Below, one piece after another: positions 35,639 through 48,440 of a DNA stretch of 64,000 bases (position 1 is the first letter of the stretch; each line of letters opens with the position of its first letter). The DNA comes from Macrostomum lignano. Its lineage: Eukaryota. The notes under the pieces were generated by a model. That model did no database searches, was not told the DNA's origin, and worked only from the letters and a program-made list of their open reading frames with translations. The stretch is taken from assembly GCA_002269645.1 (NCBI GenBank), contig NIVC01001175.1, positions 1 to 64,000 of the forward strand, given 5' to 3'. The position numbers were made by a program, and so were the translations under genes.

Positions 35639-38600
35639 CTACGCCGACCGTTTCTCTTCGGCAGGGGCTGCAGCTCCTCCAGGAGCGCCCGCCGTTGCCG
35701 CGGCCGACTGTCTCCGCTTGGCCATCTGGCTCAGCTTCAGCGCCTCCAGCTCTTGTCGGCGAGCTTCTTCGGCCTCCCGGCGGGCGATGATGTGCTCCAC
35801 CTGAGTCAGGAACTGTCAAGGAAGGAAAGCGGTTTGACAAATGGTGAAAACTAGCTTAAGGATGACTGCACAGATATCGGAACTCGGGTTTTTTAATTTG
35901 CGGTAAAGGGGGAGCTGAGTGCACCCTGGCGCACTTTAAACGACGAAATTGTTACACAACAAGTTAACCCCAAAAATGTGACTAGTGTGTTATTTGTAAT
36001 CGAGCCTGAGAAGCTGGCACATAAGAGTACTACTCTAGATCACTAGGCAGCACTAGGATAGAAATTCGAGAAGACAGGTGCATGGGTGGCTGTTTTGTGC
36101 TTCACTGGAGCATGCGCTGCATTGAGCACTACTGACATCACTGCTACTGTCTCCAGCTCCATTAAGCTACAGTCTGATACAGTCTGCGTCTCCTGCGCTA
36201 ATGTCCCAAATCACAAGAGTTACAATAAAATATCGAGTTTTCCTATACAAATCCTAGTTTCTCAACGCTGCCTTTTTAAAAAGCTGTCTAAAACCCCTGA
36301 AGTACTCAATTTTTCTTTAAAAGCAAGCAGAAGCATCAACATCAAACATCTGTTCCTGCATTCAATTTTCGACTACATTTATTTAGGACTCATACACGAA
36401 AACTAGTTTTGCGCGATGCCCACTGCAACTTAGCTAACTACAGGCACCGATAAATAAAAAAAGGTTGAAACTTCTAGCAGGGAGGAGCGGGCTCACCTCC
36501 GGCTTTCTCGTGTCCTTCTTCTTCATGAAGTCGATGAAAGACCGGGCACCGTGCAGCGACGAGAGCGTCTCGTTCATCTCCTGCGCCCGTTGACGCGCCT
36601 CCAGCTGCTTGGTGTCCTTGCGCTCCTCAGGGTCCTCCAGCAGCTGGCCAGCTGGCAGCTTCCGCCAGGTCTCCGGCTCCAGGTACCAGGCTCCGTAGCG
36701 GAACTTCATCCAGCCGGGGTCGGTAGAATCGCCGGCCTCTTTGCCCAGCCGGCGCAGATACTCGCGCTCCATCTCAGCCTCCTCGCGGTCCTGATGCCGC
36801 TGAGGTGGCAGGGCGATGTTTTGCCGCAGCTCCGGCGGGATGCTCGTCAGCTCCACGACGTGGATCGGCACCGACAGGGCCGGCTTGGTCTCGTAGCCGC
36901 TGGCGAACAGGCTCATGACGGTGCTCTCCTCGATGTTGTTTGCTTCTCCGCCTAGGGAAGCAACCCATTCGCAGAAGTCCTTGGTAACCTGTTGGAGAGA
37001 AATAATAATATGAGCAAGAGGTTTTTTATGCCGCCCGAGTGCGATGAAATGCTATTCGAGTTTGTCTACGGTAAAAACAGAAGTACCATTGTGATTTAGG
37101 GTGCCACTCCATTTAAGGTGTGATTTCATTAGATGGGTGCCATTATATTTGAGGAGGCGCCTGTATTATCAATCCAACTATATTATAAGAGCTTTTAGTT
37201 TATGTTAGTACTGAAACTAATCCATCCGGACAATTCTAATACTGCGAAATAAGCGAAACCGGCGCTGATGACAATTCTGAGCACAGACAAGCGCACCAAT
37301 ACTGTACGCTGGCACGCAATCACACACACGCTCGCACGGGGTGTACAGAGGCCCTGACTTTCTAATCGTCAACCATGTACACTCTCTGCGCCTTGGGGTT
37401 GGCCATTATGGGTGTGAATCGAACGACAACCTCCCGGACAAATGAATGTGGCCGCGAACGGAATGGAACCAGCAGTCGTGACGCGAGTGTTTACCACTGA
37501 GCTGCTCTCCCATCCTAGCCTACTACAAATAGTACGAGTACAAGCAGAAGCGCGCGCACCTTTTCAATATGCGGATCCTTGGCCGGCTCTTGGCGCGGCC
37601 GAGCGTCGGCGTCTCGTCCAGCCGCCGTCGCGGCCGCTTCCTCGCGTTTTTTAATCCACGAATAGAAATGCCGGCCGTCCGCCGACTTGCTGCTCTTCGC
37701 ACGTTCGCCGGTGGCGCCGCCGCTGCCGTTCGAATCGGCGCTGGTCTGCACCTCCTGGTGCCGGGTGCTCGCCTGGTGCTGACCGTCAGCGCTCAACAGG
37801 GTCGCTTCATCGACGCCCTCCGTCTCCAGCAGGGTCATCTCCGGGTCTAGCAGGTCCACGATATCATCGTACACCTTGAAATAGAAATCAGGTAAAAGTT
37901 TTGATTGCTTCGAGAGCAGCAGCAAAAAAAATAGAAAGAAGAAACATCTCAAATAATTGGGTATTTTTCTAAGCTAAGGCTGTATGAGCTCGGCGTGAGC
38001 ATAACGCGAACGAGGATGAGAACACTGGATCAGTCAGGAAAAATTCCTAGTTGGTTAACTGCGGATGTTTTAATTTTATTTGTGCGTCGGGCCATCATTA
38101 GTTTTGAACTCTTAATACAAGTAAGCCAGGTTTCTGAGTTTCTACTCTTTGTCAGCTGGTATTAAGCGCAGAGCAAGTTCTCCAGTGGATAAGACACATT
38201 CGCTTACCCTATTTAAGATTCCATTCAAATTCTTTAATCAATACTGAGAAATGTACACACTGTATACATTTACGTTTGAAATATTGTAGACAACGTGCAC
38301 CCTTACGTATGGACACGTAATCCCAGAAACGTACACCTTTTGAGTCACTCCCTGCACTTACGCGTACATGCCAGTACGACGCATGCATGTAGTGGTACAG
38401 GGACGACAAGTGTTGTTTAGTAGTCCCGATTTGTACTAGGAAAGATTTATTAACACTGTAACCAGTTGAGATTCTGATGGTTATTCTGCAAAATTTGTTG
38501 CAAAATCTATATTCTAAAATGTTAACCTAAAACCTATTCTACCGCTCTGTGTGCGCTTCTTACCTCCGGAGGAACCGACTCCTCCAGGTGCGGGTAGAGG

Positions 38601-39493
38601 GCCAATGGGTGTTGGACGAGTCCGTACTCCAGCTCAGAAATGTGCTGCCGCTGTTTTCTCTGCAGGGGCGTCTGCTTCGAGAAGCAAATCTCTTCTTTGG
38701 TGTAGCGGCCGTCGTTGACGCTTTGCTTAATCGGAGTGGCGCCTGTGTTGTGCGACTTTAGAGCGGGGCCCAGACCAGCGTTTGGATTCTGCGAGTTTTT
38801 CATGGGGAAGTATCGTAAATTCGTGACTCAATGAAAGCGCAAAATGTGTTCTTAAATGAGATAAATACATTTCAAAAATAGAGTGCGTCAATATTTGCTT
38901 CTAATCAAAATAAATCATCTCTCGAATTTCTCAGAAGATGCATTTCAAGGAATTCGACGAAAATAATTTTAGGCGTTAGTTACATCTTATTCTTAAATGC
39001 CGTACAAAACTGCTTTGAAACGTTGACCTTAGATTAGCAAAATATGCTGTCACCGAAGATAGCATTCAACTTACTCTGATAACAACAGATCCTTCTGTAA
39101 TTGGTGGCAAGCCATCTCGAAAGTCATCCAGACCATCTTTTACGAATACCCAGTCTTTTCCAACGTTTACTTTTCCAGGGTTGCCCGGTCCTGTCGCCTT
39201 TGAGTACTTTAAATTGATGCGTTCCTTGTACCTGAAATTAGGTGTTCATTTTTTTTCTTTTTCCTTGTATGCTATTTATTTCGACTTAATCATAAAAATT
39301 ATTCCTTTATTTGGTGCCTCGCATCGGGGTTTAGGACAGATATCAGATTAATAGACAAAACAGTACATGTAGGTGTCCGTATCTTGCCTGCAATTTGAAA
39401 CGCAAAATGGAAAAATACTTACCAAGGGATATTCTGCTTCTTTTTATCACTCTCTGTAGTTACCAGCAGTAGGTCATATTTCTTTTCAGCCAT
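35639..39493 (-). CDS. FAM47E: FAM47-family protein, 6 exons: 39493-39423, 39231-39075, about 38788-38564, 37874-37560, 36988-36497, 35812-35639
   Basis: Spliced translation gives MAEKKYD..PW|YKERI..WVFVKDGLDDFRDGLPP..HPLALYPHLEESVPPE|VYDDIVDLLDPE..TKDFCEWVASLGGE..LFASGYETKPALSVP..FRYGAWYL; GT-AG sites keep frame; exon 3 acceptor uncertain. Family-level assignment only. Confidence 0.82.
37300..37511 (-). mobile_element. Possible degenerate tRNA-derived SINE in a FAM47 intron
   Basis: Minus strand GGGAGAGCAGCTCAGTGGTAAACAC (A-box-like) then GGTTCCATTCC (B-box-like); 5' boundary clear, 3' boundary not. Confidence 0.3.
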
Positions 39494-40219
39494 TGTTTTG
39501 AAATTAAATTATTGTTAGCGACGAAGCACTGTAAGCAACGAAGAAGCAACGTCGTAGAACATATGGGGCAAACGAAACGAGAATACCAGAAGAAAATTTT
39601 AGTAGAGAAGTCATTTTAAAACTTGCTAGAGTCTATAGCATTTTTAATATCTATATATATATCGTTACATAAAACATATTTTAAAACACTTTTAAGATAG
39701 CCATCAGCAAAAAATATGATCCTATTGAAGAAAGCTTGTATAGTGGTGCAACATTGTTATAGTGCTTGACACAAAGCAAAATTAAAAATTATAAGCCGGA
39801 TTCCGGATTCTGTTGTGGTGATTCCAAAAAATAGAAACGTCAGGCGTAGGCGTAGGGTAGACGGTATAGGTAACAGATACTGGCTATTGTGTGCTGCATA
39901 ATGAGGCCTAACATTAGAAAAACAGTTGATAGCAACCTAACATTCCTAACAGTAAGCTTTAACAATTCATATATTTTTTGCACACCTAAAATCAAATGAA
40001 CAAACAATTCGAGAAGAATTCCAATATTAGGATTAGTATTAAGTAGTCCAGTCCTAAGTCTAAAAGTAGAAATCTTGAGCCTAACTTTCACTTTTAGTTG
40101 CAAATTTTCATAAAAATAAATTAATATATATTATATGATTCATGATTGTAGATAAGTTGCATTTTATAATATTTAATAGGCTATCCATGACCATTGCAAG
40201 CATTGCTTAATTATAATAT

Positions 40220-40976
40220 ACAAGCTGTTGAAACCCGCGGATTTTGAACCCGGGGAATTCCAATACCCGGAACTACTTTTACACGTATTCTGAAATCTAA
40301 GGCCATACACAAACAAAAACTTGTTAATAGTTAGTAGGATAGAGGTAGACATAAAATGGAGCACATTCGTGTAAAATTAGGGTTTGAGGCAAACGTTGAT
40401 ATTGTTGGCTGGGGTACTGCGCAGAATGTCAGGCAATGTCTGTCTGACTCTAAAACATGTATTGGCAAACTCTGGCCAATATGTACTCTCCCTATGTCCC
40501 TTGGATCCTTTAAAATTTCTATCGTCTCTTCTGTTTCCTTTCTTCTCTCTTGTCCCTCGTCTCTCCTCTCTCTTCTCTCCTCTCTTCTCTCATATCTTCC
40601 CTCATCTCTTCCCTATTCTTTTCTCTCTCCTCTCCTCTCTCCTTTCTACTTTTTGTTTTCTCTCTGCTCTCCTCTCTCCTCTCTCCCATCTTCTTTCGTA
40701 TCCTCCCTCATCTTTCTTCTCTTTCATATCTCTTATCTCATCTCAATTCCCTCTTCTTTTCTCTCTCCTCTCCTCCCTCCTCTCTACTTTTTCGTTTTCG
40801 TTTTCGTTTCTCGTTGACCCTCCTCTCCTCTCTCCTCTCTCCCCCTCTTCTCTCTCGTCTCTTCCTTCTCCTCTCTATTCTTTTCTCTCATCTCTTAACT
40901 CTCTCCTCTACTCTCTCATCTCTCCTTTCTATTCTTTTATCTTTTCTCTCTTATCTCTTCTCGTTTCTCTCTGCTC

Positions 40977-41037
<61 letters not shown>

Positions 41038-43105
41038 CCTCTCTCTCTCTCTCTTATCTCTCCTCTCCCATCTCTCTTCTCCTCTCTACTCTCTCCCCTC
41101 TTCATTCTCCTATTTCCTCTTCTCTCTCCCTGTCTCTCCTCTCTCCTCTAGTCTCTGTAATCTCTTCTCTCTTCTCTCTCCTCTGTTCTCTCTACTCTCC
41201 CATCTCTCGTCTGTTCACCCTCATCTCTGCTCTCTCATCTGTCATCTTTACTCTCTTATACGTTCTCTCACTTATCTCCTCTGTACTCTTCTCTTTCACC
41301 TCTTCTGACTCCTCTCTTTCCTTTCTCCTTTCTCCTCTCCTCTTCTCTTCTCTTCCCTCTTCTATACTGTCTCCCTCTCTTGTCTTCTCTCGTCTCTCTG
41401 CACTCTCCTCTCACCTTTTTCATCTCTCATCTTTACTCTCTCATCTCTCCTTTAATCTGTCTCATCTCTACAATCTCATCTCTCCTTTCTCCCCTCTTCT
41501 TACACCCCTCTCTTATCTCTATCTCTTCTCTTCTCACTCCTCTCTCCCCCTCTTATCTCCTCTCTTCTTTATCCTTTCTACTCTCTCCTCTCCTCTCCTC
41601 CTCTTGACCCTCTGTCATCTTCTTTCTGCTCTCTCATCTCTACTCTCTTCTCACTCTTCTCTACTTTCCTCTCATCGATCCTCTGTCTCATCTCTCCCCT
41701 CTTCTTACATTTACTCTTTCCTCTCCCTCCTTTCTCCCCTCCTCTCGCTTCTTCCTCCCTTCTTCTCTGCTCTCTCCTCACCACTTGTCTCTCCTCTTAT
41801 CTTCCATGTTTTCTCTTATCCCCCTCTCGCCTCTCCTCTCTTCTAATACTAATTAGTCTATTCCTTCTCCTTTCCACTCTCATCTGGCCCGCACATAAGC
41901 TGGATTCTTTATCTGGCTTTTGAAGTAAAAGTCTGCCGATCCCTGCTTCGAAAGCCAGTTTGTGGGACGTACTACTCTCATGGTTGTTCTCATGCTTTGT
42001 TCACGTCATCTTTCTTGCCAATTTGCAGCCCTGAAAGGAATTTGTGTATCTTCAGCTCCACTGCAGTCTGCATCAGTCTAACAACCAAGGAAATACGCAT
42101 TTCTTAGGAGGCCATTTAAATTTTAGAGTACTTTTAAGAGAAACTTAAAATTTCCATGGTGTGCGGTGTGCCTAATTTAGTAGGGTTGTATTTCATTGCA
42201 TCGCATCGCCTTTTCATAAATCTTTCGCTTTTACAAACCATGCTGGATTCCCTCGATTTGCCAATTGCCAATTGCCATCCACTGTTAAACTGCTGCAGAG
42301 TTTGCCAATACAGAGGGGAGGGCAGTGGTTAGAATTTCTCACTAAACTGTTATGGCTAAACGAAGCCTCTCCACTCTCGGGGTGCAGAGAAGGCTATAAA
42401 TAAAGTTATTCCAAAACACTGTACATTTGCTATGTACATTCAGTCCTATCGCCTGACCCTTCGTCTGGCTCTGGGGGAATGAGTGAGTGAGTGGCACAAA
42501 CAACAGAAAAAGCAGACAAACTTCACATGCTTACAGTTTCTTTTTCGGTTGAGTTACAGAGTTGAAACTTTACATTTAGACAGAGAATGGGTCAATGAAG
42601 AATTGTGTCAAGTTTGAAGTCAATCGCTTTACGTGAAGCAAACTTATGGCAGCTGAAAGTTAGTCAATTTTGAAACCCTTTTACACATCTGGGCCCAGAT
42701 CGGGTAAGAGAGGCAGGCGGGCGGAGGTTGGGGTGGTTGCTACGCTGAAAAAAACAGCCTAACTTTAAAAGCGCACAGCACCGCTCAGGATTAACTTTGA
42801 TACTCGAAATTTTACACGATTGTGCCAAAATAGTTAAAGATTATCTGTGTCAAATTTGAAGAGAATCGGTAGAAGTGGAGCGGCGCTATGGAGGATTTAG
42901 TGAAAAAATCGCGCATTTTGAGCAGTTTTTTGTACTTTTAGGTAGGAAGACTTGAGTCTAGGAAATTAAAAGGTAGCCTAAGACATTCTCCGTAGTAAGT
43001 TTAGGGTGGGTGTAAAGTTTGGTGTAATTTGGTTGAGCGGTTTGGGAGTCCATAGCGAAGTAATTTGTCCACAGACAGACAGAGTTTTGATTTTTATAGG
43101 TAGAG
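40220..43105 (+). mobile_element. Non-autonomous Helitron/DINE-1-like element, copy 1 (2886 bp) with CT-rich core
   Basis: Starts ACAAGCTGTTGAAACCCGCGG; ends GGTTGAGCGGTTTGGGAG..ACAGACAGACAGAG..TTTTATAGGTAGAG, a terminal layout typical of DINE/HINE-like elements; no TSD; joined directly to copy 2. Confidence 0.6.
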
Positions 43106-46040
43106 ACAAGCTGTTGAAACCCGCGGATTTTGAACCCGGGGAATTTCAATCCCTGGAACTATTTTTGCATGTACTCGTATTCTAAAATCTGAGGTCAAAC
43201 TCAAACAAAAGCTTGTTAATAGTTAGGTTAGAATTAAACATAAAATAGAGTACATTCGTAAAAAATTAGGATTTAAGGCAAACATTTATATTGTTGGCTG
43301 GGGTGCTCCAAACAGGCAAACTCTGGCCTCTGCCTCTCCTAATGTCCCTTGGATCCTTAGAAACTTTGACCTTCTCTTCTGTTTCCTCTCCTCTCTCTCG
43401 TCTCTGTCTCTTCTCTCTCTCTCCTCTATCCCCTATTCTCTCGTCTATTCTCTCTCCCTTCTATTCTTTTATCCCTCCTCTCCTCCCTCCTCTCTACTCT
43501 CTCCTCTCTCTCCTCTCATCTCTTCTCTTCTTTCCTCTCTCCTCTCTCCTCTCTTCTATCGTCTCTTCCCTCACCTCTCTTCTCTCTCGTCTTTGCTCTC
43601 TTATCTATCTCTTCTTTCTCTTCTTTTATCTTTTCTCTCTTCTCTTTTCTCATTCTTTCTGCATGTTCTCTCCTCTCTCCCTCTCTCTCTCCTCTCTCTC
43701 CCTCTCTCTCCTCTCTCTCCCTCTCTCTCTCCTCTCTCTCCCTCTCTCTCTCCTCTTATCTCTCTGCTCTCTCCTGTCCCATATCTCTTTCTCCTCTAAT
43801 CTCTCCCCTGTTTCATCTCCTCTCTCGTCCTTTCTCCTCTTTCCCCTGTCCTCTCGTTTCTCTCCCCTCCCCTCCTCTCTCCTCACTCACTTCTCTCTCC
43901 CTTTGTCTTACCTCTCATCTCTTATTTCTATCCTTTTTTTCTCTCCACTCTCCCATCTCTCGTCTGTTCACTCTCGTCTCTGGTCTCTCATCTCCCCTCT
44001 CTCATCTGCCATCTTTACTCTCTTATACTCGTATGTTTTCTCACCTCTCTCATCTGTACTCTTCTCTTTCCCCTCTTTTGACTCCTCTCTTTCCTTTCTC
44101 CTTTTTCCCTTCTCTTCTATTCCCTCTTCTATTCTCTCCCTCTCTTGTCTTCTCTCTTTTCTCTTCGCTCTCCTCTCTCCTCTCATATATCGCGTTCACT
44201 CTCATCTTTGCTCTCCACCCCCTCTCTCTTCTCTCTCCACTCTTTACTCTCCACTCTCCTGTGTACTCTTCTCTTTCCCCTTTACTGAATCCTCTCTTCT
44301 TACTCCTCTTCTCTTCCCTCTTCTATACTCTTCTCTTGTCTCTTTGCACTCTGCTCTCTCTTCCTTCACCTCTCTATCTCTACTCTCTCGTCTCCACAAT
44401 CTCATCTCTTTCCTCTCTCCTCTTCTTCCCTTTACTCTATCATCTCTCCTTTCTCCTCTCTTCTTTCTCAACTCTCTCTCTCGTCTCTTATCTCCTCTCT
44501 TCTCACTCCTCTCTCCCTCTCTCTCCCCTCCTATCTCCTCTCTGTTCTCTATTCTCTATTCCCTTCTCACTCTTCTCTACTCTCCTCTCTCATCGATCCT
44601 CTGTCTCATCTCTCCCCTCTTCTCTCTTCCTCTTCTCACCTCTACTCTTTCCTCTCCCTCCTGTCTCCCCTCCTCTCGCTTCCTCCTCCCATATTCTCTG
44701 CTCTCTCCTCGTCCTCACCCCACTCGTCTTTCCTGTTATCTTATATCTTTTCTCTTACCCCCTCTCGCCCTTCCTCTCTTTCCAATAGTCTATTCCTTTT
44801 CTTTTTCACACTCATCTGGCCCGCAGCCATGAGTTGGATTCTTTATCTGGCCTTTCAGTTAAAAATCTACCGATCCCTGCTTTGAAAGCCAGTTTGTGGG
44901 ACGTAGTACTATCATGGTTATCATTTCTTATGCTTTAATCACGTCACCTTTCTGGCCAATTAGCAGCCCTGAGAGGAATTTGTGTATCTCCAGCTCCACC
45001 ACCACAGTTTGCACTCTGCAGCAGTCTAACAACCAAGGAAATGCGCATTTCTTAGGAGTCATTTAAATTTTAAAGTTACTCTATGCGAAACTTAATGTTA
45101 AAAGCTTCATGGTGTAACTAATTTAGTAGGATTTCATTGTAATAAGTTATTCATTAATTTTTCGCTATTTTTACAAACCATCCCGCATCGCCTTGATTTG
45201 CCTGTTTGCCATCCACTGTTAAACTGCTGCAGACTTGTCTATACAGAGGACAGTGGTTTGAATCTCTCGCTGAAACTGTCTCTCCTCTCCACGCCTCTCC
45301 ACTCGCGGGGTGCAGAGAAGGCTATTAAAAGTTATTCCAAAACAGTGTACGTTGCCATGTACATTCAGCCCTATCGCCTGACCCTTCGTCTGGGCTGGGG
45401 AATGAGTGAGTGAGTGGCACAAACAACAGAAAAAGCAGACAAAATTCACATGCTTACAGTTTCCGTCCTGATTGAGATACAGAGTTGAGACTTTACATGT
45501 AGGCAGAGAATGAGTCAATAAAGAATTGTGTTAAGTTAGAAGTCAATCGCTTCACGTGGAGCAAACTTATGGCAGCCGAAAGTTAGTCATTTTAAAACCC
45601 ATTTACACCCTTTGCCCAGATCGGGAAAGAGGCAGGCGGGCGGAGGTTGGGGTGGCTGTCTCGCTGAAAAAAACAGCCAAACTTTAAAAGTGCACAGCGC
45701 CGTTCAGGATTAACTTTGAGACTCGAAATTTTACACGATTGTGTCAAAATAGTTGAAAATTGATTGTGTCAAATTTGAAGAGGATCGGTAGAAGTGGAGC
45801 GGCGCTAAGGAGGCTTTAGTAAAAAAATCGCGCATTTTGAGCAGTTTTTTGCACTTTTAGGTAGGAAGACTCAAATTTAGGAAATTTAAAGGTAGCCTAA
45901 GACATTCTCCGTAGTGAGTTTAGGGTGGGTGTAAAATTTGGTGTCATTTGGTTGAGCGGTTTGGGAGTCCATAGCGATCAAAATTGTCCACACACAGACA
46001 GACACACACACACACAGAGTTTTGATTTTTATATGTAGAG
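43106..46040 (+). mobile_element. Non-autonomous Helitron/DINE-1-like element, copy 2
   Basis: Same start and end motifs as 40220-43105; clearly diverged from copy 1 (very roughly 80-85% by eye). Confidence 0.6.
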
Positions 46041-46379
46041 ATTTTTTCTTTATTGAAAAGACAATTTTGTTTCTTAAAAGTAAAAGTAGTCCTTAGAAGC
46101 AATATTAAATAATATTTGTCTTGGCTTTTGTTCTATGCCTTTTTCCCTTTTTAAATTCAAATTATATAAAACTTTTATTTATGCAACTTGAACTTAGTAT
46201 TAGTATTATATTATAGTAGTTTAGTATTATAGTTATAGGCCTAATTTATAATCAAATTTATTGCATTTAATTTAAAGTTATATTTTTTAAATGGTGTGGT
46301 ATAATAATAGGCCTAGGCCCTAATTATTTAATTTATATTTATAATTGAGAAAATCATTTAACTTAGACTTAGATATAAG

Positions 46380-46833
46380 CCATAGCTGGGAAGGTGGAAA
46401 TTTTCTGGTGAATTTTCTGGCGCAAATTGGCCCTTTTTTGGCACACACGGCGCACACGGCGTACAAGGAAAAATTGGAAATGCTCTAGCGGCGCACATGG
46501 CGCATGGCGCTGAAAAAATATATAGTTACACTTCGTTTTACTTTGCAAAATATATAGTGTCAGGCCTAATTCTATAATTTGTAAAATAAAATTATGTAAA
46601 TTACATAAATTACATAAATCACGATATAAAATACGTAAATCGAAATTCAAATTTGTCTACCGTAAATTCCTTATGGTAGAATAAATACCTTACCTTACCT
46701 TACCTTACCTTAGACTTACCTTATCATGGCACGCTGCGGCGCACAAAATCCTTTCTTCATGGCACACGGCGCATAGTGCTCAAAAGCCATCAAAATAGTT
46801 CTGGCGCACACTGTGCCACCTTCCCGACTATGG
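46380..46833. mobile_element. MITE with 18-bp TIR and 8-bp TSD (hAT/P-like)
   Basis: CCATAGCTGGGAAGGTGG / CCACCTTCCCGACTATGG (16/18); TSD GATATAAG both sides; repeated subterminal GGCGCA motifs. Confidence 0.8.
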
Positions 46834-48440
46834 GATATAAGTAGGCTTGTATAACTAGTTTTGCATATTATTAGTTATTTTTATATAGAAAATAATTACT
46901 TTTAAATAACTTAAAATTAAAGCTTAGTAAATGACAATAGATAATAGACAAGCTAGATAGCAAATGTAACATTATTGAATGTCTACTTTTCTTTAAAACT
47001 TTAAATAATGTTTTCTTATGTGAAACTAAACTTTAATGAACCCAGTATACCCAACTGTTTACACTAATATTATTAAAGACATATAGGCTCATATAAAGGC
47101 CAAGTTTTGCCAGATTTGTGATATATCTAATGGACTATTTGAGTTATATCTATGGGAGTTCTTATGGCATTATCTTTTTTTGCTGTTTTTGAACAGGAAT
47201 TTTGGGAACATTTTTATTAGGTGCCATTATTATCTATTGTAATTATGGTCTAATAAACTAGATATTTATTGTTGTTTACATGTCAATATTGTTTCCTTTT
47301 GAAATAAATGTGCAAAATTATAATTATGCTAGTAGGCTTAGTCTGTATATAATCTTAAATATATTCTTTGCATTTAAATAAGCTTTTTGGATCATATGCA
47401 GCATGATATTATTATTAGAATCTATTTTAAAATAATATTTTATATACTATACTAATAGAGGTGAACATATACTTAAGAAGATTATAAAGTGCTAACAAGG
47501 ACCAACATTCAAATAAAGTTGCTATTAAATAAGTTTTTTAATCTTATAGGCTTTTTTACTTTATTAAACTATTTAACTATAAGAAATTTTTTGATTTCTT
47601 GAATTTTAAAAATAAGATCAAGTACTCCATTTATTTAACTTTTGAATATCAAGTTTTATACTTACTAGGACTCTAATATAGGGTCTAGATCATAATATTA
47701 TTTAAAACTCATTAAGTATTGCCTGGAAATTAGATAATATTATTTTTATTAGAAGATTAGGAATATAAGTTAGGTTTAAAAACTTATATTGCATATCTAG
47801 CCCTAGTCCTCAACTAATATCAAACTTAATCTCAATCTTAACCCCAACCTTAACCCTAACATATATCCATTGGGAATGAAAATTACCAATAGTCAAATGA
47901 TACTAGTCCCATGGAAAATATCAGTTATGTTTTTACCTTAGTTAAGTATAAAAATTGCACTCTTATCCTATTTTTTATAATAGAATTGAATTGGCAAGTG
48001 TTTTTAGTTGTAATGATGATTTGTTTATATTAGAAAAATTATAAACTTAATTTATTTAGTTATTTTACTGTTTCTTCCTATGTGCATAAGCTAAAAATAC
48101 CTTACAAGCTAAATTTACCCATTTTTGTGACCAAGATCTGTTTTAAAATATCATATGCATAACATAGTTAATTGAATATGCAACTTTCCAGCCCCACTGT
48201 GCCTTGACTTGTTTAAAAAGCAATCACAGCATACATTCCCACCCAGGAGCAGTCCAATCAACTGCAGCCAAATTTATCCGGCACTATTTTAACTCCCTGC
48301 ATTGCCTTAAAACAGTTTTTTTCCAACTGCCAAAATTGCAACTCAAAGAGTGGAACAACTGCCAATTCGTTTGCATTCCAAAGCAAAGCACATTGGTCGG
48401 GTTATTTTGCCCAACCAGCTCCTAGTCCTTGCCTGGCGCC

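Noticed and set aside
40356-44832. Long Leu/Ser-rich ORFs (up to 513 aa)
   Set aside because: By-products of CT-rich low-complexity DNA inside the repeat elements.
47820-47860. Interstitial telomeric repeat (AACCCTAAC)
   Set aside because: Only one or two degenerate units; common in AT-rich repeats.
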